NCBI GenBank assembly: GCA_951406725.2
Contig: OX597816.1
Location: 42,966,001 to 43,030,000 of the forward strand
DNA length: 64,000 nt
Source: Octopus vulgaris
Taxonomy: Eukaryota
Reading direction: 5' to 3'
The position numbers and the translations under genes are program-made. A model generated the notes under the pieces. It had not been told where the DNA came from. It was given only the letters and a program-made list of their open reading frames with translations, and ran no database searches. Below, one piece after another: positions 13,001 to 27,653 of this stretch; positions within the stretch are counted from its first letter, which is position 1; every line of letters starts with the position of its first letter.

Positions 13001-13098
13001 GCGTATATATAAACGCATATATATGTGTCTGTGTATATATAGATGTATATATGCGCAGATATATATATATACATTTAAATATGCATGTGTATATATAA

Positions 13099-13141
<43 letters not shown>

Positions 13142-13289
13142 TTTATACATGTATATATATATATATTTCATATACATATATATGTGTGGGGGTACATACA
13201 GACATACATACGCACACACTTTTATATACACACACAAATACATATATATTATTAGTGAAAATATTATTTTTAGCATTTCATCATCATCA

Positions 13290-13348
<59 letters not shown>

Positions 13349-13363
13349 GTTATTTTTATTATT

Positions 13364-13394
<31 letters not shown>

Positions 13395-14010
13395 GGCACA
13401 CATATATTTAGACCTTCTCTGACAATCTACTTTCTATTAACTCCGGCGTAAATCATGCTTCGTTTTCATATCATGCATTCCCGCCCATACATACACTTTT
13501 TACAGATAAGTACGCACATGCGCTTGCGTATACATACACATATGAAAACACACGCAAGCAGATAACTTACACACACACACACACAAATTGGCACACACAC
13601 TCTAGCATGCGCCCGCATACACATACTCACTCACGCATGCGTTCGCATACACTCGCACATTTGGTTTTGTGAAAAGCAAGATTCTCACTATGTCTAAATA
13701 CGAGCATTTCTATTCGTGTGATATCTGTTTTTTCCCTTATTAACATCTATGATGCTTCATACATATACAATTCCTATATATCTTTCTTTACATATATTAC
13801 ACTTTCGTATGTAGCAGTTTAGAAAGCAAATTATAATGAGAGCCGAAGCCCTATGTATTTAAACATGTACATGTAGCACGAATCAATCACTATATGTAAC
13901 ATAATGCAAGGTAACTCATATGTTAGACTACAAAATTTATGCCACAGTTTATTCTCATGAACATTACATAGTTTAAAGCTTTACAAACTGAATAAGTATC
14001 ATATATCTTT

Positions 14011-14239
14011 AAGGCGGCGAGCAGGCAGAATCGTTAGCACGCCGGGCGAAATGCTTAGCAGTATTTCGACTGCCATTACGTTCTGAGTTCAAATTCCGCC
14101 AAGGTCGACTTTGTCCTTCATCCTTTCGGAGTCGATTAAATAAGTACCAGTTACGCACTGGGGTCCATATAATCAACTTAATCCGTTTGTCTGTCCTTGT
14201 TAGTCTTCTCTCTGTGTATCTCCTTGTGGGCAGTAAAGA
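14011..14239 (+). mobile_element. SINE family B, full length with 20-bp TSD
   Basis: Full consensus match. aataagtatcatatatcttt is duplicated at 13991-14010 and 14240-14259. Confidence 0.92.
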
Positions 14240-14317
14240 AATAAGTATCATATATCTTTGTCACTTATCATCTTCCTTGGCCACTGTAAGGAAACTATCA
14301 TGGCAAATACGGGCAAA

Positions 14318-15570
14318 TACGAAGTGAAGTCAGTCACTCTCACCAAAATATTTTTTTGCTGGCCGCATTGCCTTCAGTATTCATGTGATAATTGTATTGC
14401 TCTTCAAGTTATATAACCTAGGTTGGACTTTAATCGTTCCTGTTTTCTTTCTTCTGTTACAGAGTAAACATGGTCGCTCTGGTCACAGTGTGCACCAAGG
14501 ATGAACAGATGCCAGTGCTCCAATTTCTCTAGTCTCAACATGTGTCAGGCGTTGAAACTCATTGCAGGCTTCAGTACAACATAAAGGAACAGCGCTCTGT
14601 CGTGTAGAAGTTTTATAATGGCTGGACAAGCATGAATCAAGAAGAGAGAGAGCAGGACACCCATTAATCTCTACCACTGATATGAAGATTCAACAAGTTC
14701 GAAAATGGTTCTGGCGAACCTACAACTGACCGTCACTGAGGTGACATGTTCTTTGTAAATTTGTCGTGGGTCTGCATACGAAATCATCCTCGAGCCTGTG
14801 CTAGTTGTGTGCCAAGAGAGCTTACCGAAGTGCATAAGGGCAATCGTGTGGTAATATCTATCAAAGTGTGCACGGCCGCTACAACGATAAAGGCAAAGTT
14901 TTTGTGGGGAGAATAGTCATAGGAAATACCTGGATCCATCACTTTGAACCAGCATCCATAAGGCAGACAATGAAGCAGAAGCATCCCGGAAAATCAACCT
15001 TCCACAGAAAGCTTGATGCTAAGTGGGTTTTTTTGAGGGGGGGGCAAAAGTGTCCATTACTGGAACATTACCCGAAAAAGGGATCCACAGTTACCAGTGT
15101 ATGCTGCAGTGAAATGCTAGCCAACAATCTGAGACCAGCAATTTGCACCAAACGCCGAGGTCTAATGTCAGAGCAAGTCCTATAGGTGCACGATACTGCA
15201 CGCCTACATACAGTCGCCTACACCGTCGGAACCATTGAAGAATTGGGTTTCGTGTTACTGGAGCATCCTGCATACATTTCAGATCTTTTCCCTTCTGGCT
15301 ACCACCTCTTTGGATCGCTCAAACATTCTTTACGACGTCGTCGATTCACTACGTCCCAAAAAGTGCAGGAATCGGTGCATAAATAGCTGCTCGCCCTGCA
15401 GCAAACCTTCTTCTGTGATGGAATAGCGAGCAAGTGGACCGCTGGAAGACATGCAGAGAAAAAGCAAGGTGACTATATCGAGAAATGATGTAATTCTTCA
15501 ACCGCTGCTTTTGTTTGAATAAATTATAGAAATGAGATTGCGAATAATTTCTTTTCGATCTACTTGACGA
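14318..15570 (+). mobile_element. Decayed near-full-length mariner (DD34D) transposon, frameshifted
   Basis: Motif remnants: RIVIGN-TWIHHFEP (GDETW), HDTARLH (HDNARPH), LEHPAYISDLFPSGYHLFG (HPPYSPDLAPSDYHLF), RWKTCREKQGDYIEK*. Confidence 0.92.
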
Positions 15571-17183
15571 CTTAATTACACATCAAAAGCATAAGCAGCA
15601 TTGAGCCAAGTACAATAACTTAATGGGGCCGAGTGAATGGGTAAATATAGTAACCACATCTCTCGAACAATGCATCCAGCCTCTGGTGAAAAAAAAGGTC
15701 ACATGGAGTAATATCTTCCTTGATATGCAATTTCCGAGAAAGTGAGCGAACATTTACTTGTCTTCTGAGCCAGAATTGGCCAGTTGTTGATCAATAATAA
15801 ATATATCAAAAACAAAAACCTGAAATTATGGCTCAAAGAGATTCAGCTATCCTTTTTAAATGCTGACGAGTGACTATATCTTCAGACCGCAGATGTTACT
15901 CACACTGTAAAATGACGCTCATATGCTAAAGAATATTCTTTTTTTATTGGTACGCAAAATAAAACGTAGCCTACCATTTTTGTCATGATTTAACTGGTGC
16001 AAGTTGTGTTGACTTACATATCAGAAACGCCACTTTTTTTTTTAGTTGTTCTTAAATATGCTTATAAGTTTTTATATATTCCTTTTTGGTTACTGTTAAA
16101 TTCTATTTTCCATAAATATTTCTACATAAATAAATTCATTTATTTCACCTGAGCCACAGAGTAATCAGCGTGTAAAGATAATGACAAACGTGTAAAACCA
16201 ATTCTGTCTCAATTCCCAGTTGAAGCATTTTCATCTGACAGCCACCATTATATTCTTCGAGAAGGCAAAGTCCTCATAAAAGCCAATGTATTCCTCACCT
16301 CGTTCAATAAATTCATATTTTCCAGCAAAAAACATGAGTGGGTTTCTTCGAGTTCCTTCGATTAAGCAGAAACAGGAGTCACAACTTCAAATCATATTTT
16401 AACGACTCAAATAATGCGGTTTGCGTTGAATTTAGTAGACGACTGAAATATAAAGCAACAACAAAATAAAGAATACTAGGAGATGGTCGAAGTCGGAAAG
16501 CTTTCGATAATAGATCTACATCTTCAGAACAGACAACGACAACAATAACAGTAAGACATAGCTTGCATCTAATCAAATATAACCAATAAATTATTTGGTA
16601 TTTCTCTGTCTGATTGCAATATCATGCCACCTGATATTTCCTCTACGTGGTTGTCTTTCCCCCGTCGTCCATTTTACGAATGGCTTCTGTTTACATTTAG
16701 TGTCTTCAGTGTTTATACTTCTGTATTTATTTACGTATTTATTTATTTTATTTGTCATAGAGACAAATGTTCCACGAGACAAATGCTGGCTATTATTTAA
16801 TGTCGATTACTGTAATAAATTTGATAGTTAAAGCAAACCAATATAAGACACACTATTAAGTCTCTCAAAATGCTTAAAATAGCATCCAGATCTGCTTCAG
16901 AGAACAAGCAATCGTCTTAAAGAGTAGATGTTATATTAAACAGTATAGACCTAAGTACATCATTTGTAAAGCGAGTTTGGTGCGGCAGGAACACATGTGA
17001 AACGCATGTTCATTGAATGCCAATTAAAGATTAACAAGCAAAACGATAGCTACAATTAAATAATCAAATAACAAGTATGGAGGAGTGTGTTTATTTAACC
17101 TCCCAAAAAATAGCAATCAGATATCCCCAAACACGAAATATACTATCTCCAAAAAAGATTACTTCTGTCCTTGCGTAGCAATT

Positions 17184-17604
17184 GTTATTTCTTCTTTGTT
17201 TACCCCTAGAAAATATGAAAAAATTGCTAATATTTCCTTCAGACTTTGCTTTGATCACATTTATTCAAATTCCAAACAATCCCTCTCAACACATGGCTAT
17301 GATATTCTCACACTACTGCTCATGATCAGAGATATACACATTGTCAACCACTAAGGGAAGTGCTCAACTGGTTAAATTCAAGAGTCAAGCAACTAACAAT
17401 CGAATCTGTGGTATTGAGTAGACTATTTGCTATAACGATATTTCTGCTTCAGCAACTCAGCACTGAATGTGTTTGAAATGTAATGGAAAATAGCTCTAGC
17501 TCAGTTTCAAAGAAATTGATGTCCAGGTCACAACAGGAAAGTTTGAAGGGAATGGTAGTAATTTTATAACATTTTTTTTCTGATAGAAACAAAAAAGAAA
17601 TAAC
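17184..17604. mobile_element. MITE-like element with long imperfect TIRs
   Basis: Left arm gttatttcttctttgttt..atttccttcagactttgc. The reverse complement of the right arm reads gttatttcttttttgttt..attcccttcaaactttcc. Arms are about 70 bp. Confidence 0.6.
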
Positions 17605-18029
17605 ACATTGGCCAAAGATAAAAAATATATAAAAATTATGCAACAGTGTTTTAAGCCATGTCTTATGAGGCCCACTTCTTGACAAAGGTTGCTTAAGCAT
17701 ATGTTTAACAGTAGCGTCTCATGTTTAACCTGGGGCCTAAAGTACTATAACACAAAGCCATTGCTTGTAAATTGCTGATATTTGTTTTAGTCATCAGGTT
17801 TCGCCATTGTACTCCACCCTCGTTCATATAATTCTCTTGTACGTCATTTTATGGGTGGATGACGTATATTTATTTAATTATATTGATATCTTCATGCTTA
17901 TTTCTCCATCTTGTTTTTATTATATATTTTTATGCTGTCTTCTTAATGCAATTCTATCATCGTCGACGTCACCGCTGTTCACATTTTGCTCTTATTAATT
18001 TTTTTTTTTTGATGGAGTGGTAACAATAA

Positions 18030-18525
18030 TCATGATGATGACAATTTTGTTGTTGTTGTTGGTGGTGGTGGTGGTGGTGGTGGTGACGATGATGCTGATG
18101 ATGATGTGGTCTTGTTGTGGTTGTTGTTGGTGGTGATGTTGATGATGGAGGTGGTGCTGCTGGTCATCGTCATCGTGCTATAAGTAGTTGTTTTTGTTGT
18201 TTTGTACAGGTGGTGATGGTGGTGGTGGTGGTGGTCGTCATCGTCGTCGTGAAATAATTAGGAAAAGTTGGAGGAGGAGGAGGAGGAAGAAGAGGAAAGG
18301 AGGAGAAGGAGGGGAGGGAGAGGTGGTGGAGGAGAACAAGAAGAAAGCGATGTATGTGTAGGCTGCTTTCAGAGATGATAATATTAATAATGAGTGGGTT
18401 TTCGTTCTAATTATCGTTACACATGTCTCTGCGCTACTGTGTTCCACCGACCGCGAATAAATGACAAGTATAATATAATAGAATTTATGATAATCATAAT
18501 AACAAGCACCATATAATGATGATCG

Positions 18526-18583
<58 letters not shown>

Positions 18584-19100
18584 TATAATATATAATAAAT
18601 AATGAATCCGAAGATGTTGACTTAAGATAACTGTTCTGGTAAATTAATAAGTTCCTTCTCTCTATGTATGTGGCATCGTCTATAATGCATCAAGAAGAAG
18701 AAGAAGAAGAAGAAGAAGAAGAAGAAGAAGAAGAAGAAAAAGAAGAAGAAGAAGAAGAAGAAGAAGAAAAAGAAGAAGAAGAAGAAGAAGAAGAAGAAGA
18801 AGAAGAAGAAGAAGAAGAAGAAGAAGAAGAAAAGAAGAAGAAGAAGAAGAAGAAGAAGAAGAAGAAGAAGAAGAAGAAGAAGAAGAAGAAGAAAAGAAGA
18901 AGAAGAAGAAGAAGAGCACAGGAGAAGAAGAAGAAGAAGAAGAAGAAGAAGAAGAAGAAGAAGAAGAAGAAGAAGAAGAAGAAGAATTTCCGCTATATGC
19001 CTTATAATGATAATAATGATAATGATAACGATGATGATGATGTTGATGACGAAGATGACGACGACGACGACGACGACAATGACGACGACTATGATGATGT
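18030..19100. repeat. Trinucleotide low-complexity block: (GGT/GAT)n, (GAT)n, about 290 bp of (GAA)n, (GAC)n
   Basis: Directly visible. It produces the spurious poly-E/K/D ORF 18664-19155. Confidence 0.95.
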
Positions 19101-19489
19101 CCTTTCCAACTGCTCTTCCCCTATTTACAGGAGCATTTTACTCTTTTTTTCCTGATTTCAACTGGTTTCTGACGTATTTACACCATTTGTCTTCAGTGAG
19201 AAATTTTCTCCATGGCAAACACAGTGAATGGTTTTCTTGTAGGTTCAAATATGATCCAAGCATATTTGATCTGGTAAATAACCTTGTATTCTTAGAATTG
19301 GTTCATTCACCCTAACCAGTTTTGTCACAATCATCCACCTTTTGGGAATTTCGCTGGTAAAGAGCTCTTCCGTTTCCACCTTCAATTTCCTTATCAAGGA
19401 GAACACAAAAGAAAGTCGATGAGGGATTGACTGCAGAAGAAGGTCTCTTTTCTTCAATTTTTTCAGCCTCGACAACCACATTTGCGATA

Positions 19490-19772
19490 TTCTATCAGTT
19501 ACGACGACAAATTTTCGAGTTGATCCGATCTACGGAACAGCCTGCTCGTGAAATTAACATGCAAGTAATTGAGCACTCCACGGGCACGCATACCTTTAAT
19601 CTGGCCCTTATAAATACAGATACAACTTATTTTCGCCAGCTTAGTGTACAGGGGCAACGCGAAATAAAGTATCTTGCTCAAGAACACAAAGGTCTCCACC
19701 GGGAATCGAACTCACCACCGTACGATCGTGAACAATATACTAAAAGCCCTAAGTCACACGACTCTCCTTCAC
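19490..19772 (-). mobile_element. Diverged tRNA-derived SINE with a family C-type head
   Basis: cttgctcaagaacac, gggaatcgaactc (B-box) and acgatcgtga match the head of the 47165 element in reverse orientation. Confidence 0.7.
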
Positions 19773-20589
19773 CAGCGACCTTTTCTCCAGAGCTCTCATA
19801 GGAAAGCCACGTGCTCCGTTTTGTTAAGGGTGAGTGATGGTTTGACCTTTACGATGGTCTCTCGGCCGATAATTTTTTTTGTTTTCCTACACGCTGCTCG
19901 ACATAACTCCACGAGTCAGCAATGCTCGGACACTGAGTACGCGCAATAAAGTTTTGCCCCACCACGCGCAGGTTCTTGCAATCCTAGCTGGTGGCACATC
20001 CATGCCTGTACAGTTTACCTAGAACTAACAGTGCACTGCGGTAGCACAGGTATCTCAGGGATTTCTAGAAGTTATCTATGGTACTTCATGGCCTGAAAGT
20101 CCTCTGAAATAGAGCAGCTAATTCACCGATGTCGGCGCCTAAAGTTTCCCTTAGATCGTCATTGAATTTATCCACTATAAGTTTTCTATATATTGCCAGC
20201 GTAAAACTTCTACCGACGACATTCCAAAAAGATAAATAAAAGTTGTGTTAATCATGGCGTGTGTTTCTTTTTTCTTCTCAGAATGTAAAGATTCGTAACA
20301 AACACAGCAAGGAACATTGTCTCACAGTCTATGGATTTTGCCAAGCCTCCAACTTTAATAGTAATTTGGTTAAGAATAGTTACGAGGAACTTAATTTTGG
20401 AGAAGGGTCCTAGTTGAAAATACTGAAACAAGTAATACACAGGCACCATATATAATCGACCCTGGAGGAGTGAAACGCACTGATGACCTAACTGAGATTG
20501 GAACTGAAGATGAAAAGAATTGGATGAAATAACTATCTATCTATTTATCTATGTGTCTCTCTATCTGCTTGTCTATCTATCTATCTATC

Positions 20590-20620
<31 letters not shown>

Positions 20621-21616
20621 TCTGTCTGTCTGTCTGCTTGTCTGTCTATCTCTCTATCTATCTATCTATTTATCTCGCTATCTGACTTTCTGTCTGTTTG
20701 TATGTCTATCTATCTAGCTATCTATCTATCTATATGTCTGTCTGTCTGTCTGTTTAGCTGTTTGTCTGTTTGTTTGTCTACGTACCAATCTATCTAACTT
20801 TCCATCTTTTATTTATCTCTCTCGCTCCTTCTCTTTATGCGTGTGTGTATATGCGCATGTATGTATATGCGTATATATGTATGTATTACGTATACACACA
20901 TATTCATATGTGTGTGTGTGTAAATGTATCTATGCATATATCTATATACATACTTTTATGGAATATCTATCAGCTTGAATATATGTATTATTCCCTTGAG
21001 CCGTCAAAGTAAATGATGGAAGGCACACGTGTAAGATACCACACAGAAATGTGAGTAAAGGACGCTTAGGGAAATCGTACACAAAAATAAAATAAGCAAG
21101 CAACATTGAAGGGGGAAAGAAAAAAGGAAAAGAATAAAGAAATGAAAAGAAAAACAGGAAGTGTCTCTGAATGCATGAATGAAAGAATGATAGAAGGATT
21201 GAATATTAAGTGTTAGATTAAATGCTAGACTGCAAAAAAACAGAAGGAACATTTAGCTACGACAGTGCAACGAACAAAGCGTGTATTTAAAAGGGAGCTG
21301 TTTGAAAGCGAATAAGAACGTTTGAGATTTATGATAAGTTAAATGGCTAACCAAATAAAAGTGGGGGGAAAGCGGGAACACGGAAGAGCTGAATGTTTTA
21401 GAGAATACGTGCAAATTGTTTTGAAGAAGGGTAGAAGTTACGATGAAACTATGGAATTATACGTAATAGGAAAGAAAATGAGATACGAAATCAGAGGGTT
21501 ATATGTAAACACATATATATATATATGATAATATGAAATAACATAATATAACACATATAATATAATATAATATAATATAATATAATATTAGATATAAAGA
21601 CAAGACAGATATATAT

Positions 21617-21685
<69 letters not shown>

Positions 21686-23520
21686 CATACATACATATAC
21701 ACATACATACATACATATATGCATACATGCATGCATCATACATACATACATACATACATACATACATACATACATACATACATACATACATACATAGGAC
21801 CAGATCGGTAGAATAATACAAAGAAGATAGAAGATAGAAGATAGAAGGAAAAGACAACTGACAAAATACACAAATTCAAGTGTTTTTCGAAATATTGAAA
21901 AAGGGAGGTTAGATTCCTTTGTCGGATCCATCTTTTATAAGGGTCTCCCAGTCTCATATAAAATGATATTCGTAAAACATGTCACTGCACTAGCGATTTT
22001 GCCATGGGTTTGAAAATGTTCATACGCCGACGATAGTCGGATTATGAGAATCTTCCATAAGGAGACAACATATTTTATCAACACTGCAAAAAATATTTTA
22101 AAAATAATACGCCTCTAGATATATATTCAATCTGTCGTTGGACAAAATAACTTCCGCCGTTTCAGGAATTAAACCAAACGCCATTATCGCGAGACTACGT
22201 TCCTTACGCTATATATATTTATGTATATACGTAGAGAGAGAGAGGGGAGGGACAGGGAGGAAGAGAAAAAGAAAGAGAGATCTAACACGAATAAAGAATG
22301 GAAATATATTAATACAAACTATGAATGAAGTTTAATAAAGTACGTTCACCAACAACCACTCAGGCGCAAATACATTCTATTACTTGTCATGCTGAACATA
22401 CACAGCCGACAACCTTAACTTTGAGAGAGCATTCAAGATTTTCTTTTCTCCTTTGATTCTAACGCACGAATCTAATGGAGAAAAAATGTTTTGCCTACGT
22501 ACATACAATTCGTATCCGTTCTGCCATTGGGTATATCAAATTTACAAAGTCTCAATGCATTGAAACATGAACGCTTTAACTTTTGAATTACTCTTCTTGC
22601 CTAGACTTATGTGTAACAAATAAGTTCCTAAAATTTCAAGTCTCCCCACTTTATCTTTATTCAAACAATAGCACTATTCAGAAACGAATAAAGAACATAT
22701 ATAGACGCAAAAATACAAACCACGACTGAAATAAAATCAACAAGCCACGCAAACCCTAAGCCACAGACAAAAGAAATAAAAAAAAAATTTAATGACTACT
22801 GACAAACAATCCTTGTCCACTCTACCACTTCACAGATTAAATGTAGGGAGCTCTGATTATTTCAGACTGTCACTAGATACGTTCTATGAACAGCATCAGC
22901 CTTAACTTTCGGCGCAAAAATTATTGTCACCTGACATTAATGTACGGATGTAGCATGGTACTTACAAAAATTTCTAAGCTTAATCATGTGATCATCTTCT
23001 GCCAATGAAATTGTTTCCTAAACGGATAGAAATGTTGAGCCATGATCAAGAGAATTTTCGAACTCCAATCAGAGGCAATAGAGTTGCGGTTTAGCTCCTT
23101 GTCTATATCTCACTTAACTCGCAGATGCAGCCATGTGTGATATTATGATCATAATCCTCTCGGATAGAGAAACGGAGAGCATATGTTACAACCTTTGCTG
23201 TCACAACAACATTGCTTGTATCTGCCGTTATCCCTTGGACTCATAAGACCAGGAATTAATCTGGATTGCATCACTGTAAGTGACTGATATTATGATATTC
23301 CCTCACAAACAAGCTTTACCTCCCAGTTACAGATGGAAAACATTTATTGTTAGGTGAACTAGAGCAACGTCAACTGAAGTGCTTTTCTTAAGAACAACAA
23401 GTGCCAACCTATCAGGGAAACGAAACCGTGATCTTACAATCATGAACGCAACACAATAAGCACTAGCTTCCGCACTTGCACTACCACCAATACTACCACT
23501 AACAATATATTCACAATATC

Positions 23521-23910
23521 AAGGCGGCGAGTTGGCAGAAACGTTAGCGCGCCGGGTGAAATGCTTAGCGGTATATCGTCTGCCTCTACGTTCTGAGTTC
23601 AAATTCCGTGAGGTCGACTTTGCCCTTCATCCTTTCGGGGTCGATTAAATAAGTACCAGTTACGCACTGGGGTCGATGTAATCGAATTAATCCGTTTGTC
23701 TGTCCTTGTTTGTCCCCTCTGTGTGTAGCCCCTTGTGGTAGTAAAGAAATAAGTATATCGTCTGTCTTTACGTTCTAAGCTCAAAATTCCGTCGAGATTG
23801 ACTTTACCTTTCATCTTACGAGGTTGATAAAATAAGTACAAATTTGGCGCTGAGGGTGATGTCATCGACTTTCTCCCATCTCCAAAGATGTTTGCCTTCT
23901 GCCAATGTTT
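23521..23910 (+). mobile_element. SINE family B, full copy joined to an older partial B copy
   Basis: Full copy 23521-23755, followed immediately by gtatatcgtctg..acgttct.. restarting inside the B consensus. Confidence 0.88.
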
Positions 23911-24199
23911 AGTTTTTTTTTTCATATTTCTTTTAAATTGAATGTTCATGTAAAAGCAGTGTTAAAATATGTATTGATCTTATTTACTTGAACGATTCAT
24001 TTGAAGATATCCCTCAGTGTTGTATATTTCCCTTGAAGAAATCTTAAGAAAACAACAGTTTCAAATTTCCGCTGGGATCGACTTCACTTTTCATTCTTTT
24101 GAGGTCGATCAATTAAGTACCAGTCAAGTAATAAGATCAATGTAATCAGCTTACCTGCTTCCACGAAATATTAGCCTTGTGCCAAAAAATGAAACCAGT

Positions 24200-24920
24200 A
24201 TATTCACACAACCATCATTATGAATACATCCATCATTTTGCCATAACCAAATCGTAACTACCGTAACAACTCATATTATACGAACGTTAACACTACGATA
24301 TTACACGTCTGCATATTTCCACAACTACATCCTCACCACTATATCTCCAGCAGCAAAAGAGTAGCAACACTTTTAATGTATCACACCCTCACTGACTCGA
24401 CTCTACCATTATCTCTACTGTATCACCTCTCATATCCTGCCCTACAAATCACTGTTAACATATCTTCACTACCATAGCATTATCACGGTCACGACGACTG
24501 TCACCCCGACCATATAAACACAGCCAACACTCCCATCTTAACAACACACTACCAGCATCGTCCTCATATCGCCACTACCAACATCACCACCATCTTATCA
24601 TAAGCAACAATCCTATCATAAAACCTCTATATCACTAGAGCCATCGCCCTCAATATATCAGCAGCACCACCATCATATCTCCAGTCCGAACATCGCTAGC
24701 AATAACATCAGCATTACATTACTCTAATAATCATTACTACAACAGTGGCAACGCCACCGCTACTGCCATGGCATCACCGACACCACCACAATATACCGAT
24801 AACCATCATTACTGTAAAAGCCACCAGCCACATCCCTCCCATTACACCATTATCCTTACCACCAACCACTACCACCACAATATCAATACTAATACCATTC
24901 TACCAGTATTACTACCATTA
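24200..24920. repeat. Cryptic degenerate (ACC/ATC)n low-complexity tract
   Basis: C/A-rich with recurrent accacc, atcacc and actacc. No long ORF. Confidence 0.7.
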
Positions 24921-25540
24921 AAAACATTGTGTTAAAGTCTTACAACCTACCAATCTGATTAGGATTCTAATCATTGCGGTCGATCAAATGTCTTTCATCT
25001 TGTTTTTCAGTAGGTTTCAGCAATCATTCCACCACCCCTCCTTTCTATATTCTTTTGTTCTCCCTCAGTTCCCTTCCCATATATACTCTCCATCTCTTTT
25101 CTATTCTTATTTCTCGCCCCCTCTACCGTATCTTACTCCTTCTTACTTGTTATGTATTTCTCCCCGCACCGCCCTCACCCCTCTTTAATTCTGTCACTGA
25201 TTGCTATCTAATATTTTCTGAAGATTTTCTAATCATCTAAACAGAAATGATTTCTGTATTAGCTCCGATAACAAAACTAGCTATTTTCTCTCTCTCTGTC
25301 TCTCTGTCTCTCCCTCTCTCCCTCTCCCTCTCTCCCTCTCTCCCTCTTCCTCTCTCCCTCTCCCTCTCTCCCTCCCTCTCTCTCTCTCTTCCTTATATAT
25401 TCTATTAACATAGATATATTTTTTAGAATGTATCTTTCTATGAATGTATTTATGCAGATACACAAACCTACATACACACGTAAATAATATATATGCATAT
25501 ATATGTGTGTGGGTGTCTATTATGTATATATATGTATGTG

Positions 25541-25588
<48 letters not shown>

Positions 25589-26016
25589 CATTTATGCATG
25601 CATGTATGTGTGCATACATACCACACACACGCACACAAACACAGATAGATAGATAGATAGATTAACGATCTATTTTATACTAGAGCTTCCATGGCGTGTA
25701 GCCCCTCTATCAGACAAGTTACACGGGCATGGGCCTGACTTGTTTGATTTATTGAGAATACGGTCACATGCTGTAGACCTTCTTCAGTAACAAGCTACTG
25801 GACCGACTTAAGTCAACTTAAGCACACACACTCGCACACACACACACACGCGTACACACACACACATACAAACACCCATACACACAGACGGAAACACATA
25901 AGTGTATATATGCATGTATGTATGTGTTAGTATGTATGTATGCACGCGAGCGGTGTGTGTTTATACATGTATTAATATTATTAGTATTAACCGACAGAGA
26001 ATCGTAAATATTTATA

Positions 26017-26505
26017 GGCGCAGGCCAGGCTGTGTAGTTAGAAGATGGCTTCCCAACCACTTGACCCAAGGTTTAGTCCCGCTGCATGGCACCTTTAGCA
26101 GGTATCTCGTATAGCCTTGAACCGACCAAAGTCTTGTAAGTGAATTTCGTAGACAGAGACTGAATGAAGGTTGTCTTCAGGTGATTGAAATATTTATCTT
26201 AGCGAGATAAATAAATCACCTGAAGATTTACTGTAACCATAACTCGAATTTTTACGAATTGGACAGCCATGAAACGATCGTAGTGTTTTACTCATTATCT
26301 TTTATTAAACTTTTAATAATTTTGATATATATTTAAAATAATATAAATTAATTAATTTTATGTATTGGCTTAAGTTTTTCATTGTTTGATTTGCCTAATA
26401 GTGGTTTTATCTCTAATTTAATATAATATAATATTTTACTATAAAATTGGATTCAATCCTAAATCTGATTTTTCCCTGTAAGTTTGGATTTATTCCCTAA
26501 TATTT

Positions 26506-26551
<46 letters not shown>

Positions 26552-26807
26552 GTATATGTATATGTACATGTGTGTCTGTGTCTGTGTGTATGTGTGTTTT
26601 TGTGTCTATGTTTGTCTCACTACCACCGGGCTCGCCAAATTATGTTCGTGTATTTACGTTCCCGTAACCTAGCGGATCAGCAAAATAATCTGATAGAATA
26701 AGTACGAGACTTAAAAAAATATACCAAATTGATTCATTCGGCTAGAAATTCTTCAAGGCTGCGTCCCAGCATAGCTGCTGTTTAATGACTGAAAATGTTA
26801 AAAGATA
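26017..26807 (+). mobile_element. Diverged SINE family A interrupted by a pLTR-like insert
   Basis: Head 26017-26173, insert about 26174-26510, microsatellite and tail 26511-26807. Confidence 0.8.
26217..26285 (+). ncRNA. Minimal type I hammerhead motif
   Basis: Stem I CAC/GUG, core CUGAAGA 26220-26226, partly decayed stem II (CUGU..ACAG), GAAA 26271-26274, palindromic stem III ACGAUCGU, triplet GUA. Confidence 0.8.
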
Positions 26808-27653
26808 CAACAACGTTTCACATCACCGATTATTCCAACGATTGAAGTAAAGATACATCATTCCAATATATAAGTAACAATATCTGCAGACGTATAGTAA
26901 TACCATGAATCAGCAATGTATAGAAATTTGGATGCTCTCCGGCAAATCATTCCAGAATGCTCTGGGCGTTCATATATTCAATTGTCAAAACGAAAGATTT
27001 TGTCTTCTATTCAAGACACAAAATAGGTGATGAGTTTATGTTACAGACATCGCCTATTTATAATACATATATGGAAGAAAAATGACTCACTGTAAATTAA
27101 ATGTACATGTTAGTGAATAGATTTTACAGTGTTCTTAATCAATGAACTAACCAGTTGCTAGATCAAAATTCCTCAATGAACAGTACTGTAGGTATTTACA
27201 CGAATTAATCGATTTCCTTCTACCAAATTGTGACAAGCTGTAGTTCAACCGTGTATCATTCTGTGTGACAGAGCCCTCATCGTTTTCAGCCTTTTATCCA
27301 TATATATGTAGACGTGTGATCTGAAAAGAATCGAGGATTCAGAGCATTTCAATAGTGACGCTGTAAGTCGTTTTGTATGTTACAGAATGTATAAATATGA
27401 GGTAACATTCTAATTGCAATGGGTTTACGTGTAGCCTATGAACTTAAAGACATGCTTCTAAGAGATTACACGTTACGTTTGTTACAATTATATGCAGCGA
27501 AGAAATATTATAGTACTTCAACAAGAAAATTTCCTATTGCTTATAATTTCTAAAACATGAAGTAATATTTTTGATGCAGCTGTAGAAAGAAATTTCTTTG
27601 GGGTAATGTTCCTTTATAAGGTTTAGGAATATCCAGGTAATATTAAACGATTA

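Noticed and set aside
18664-19155. 163-aa poly-E/K/D ORF
   Set aside because: Pure (GAA)n/(GAT)n repeat with frame slips and no complex sequence.
19245-19481. 78-aa minus-strand ORF of complex sequence
   Set aside because: No motif recognised. Possibly an old TE fragment, but it cannot be assigned.
21800-22210. Complex segment following a microsatellite, containing TTGAAAA twice
   Set aside because: No correctly placed stem II, GAAA and stem III, so it was not called a hammerhead.
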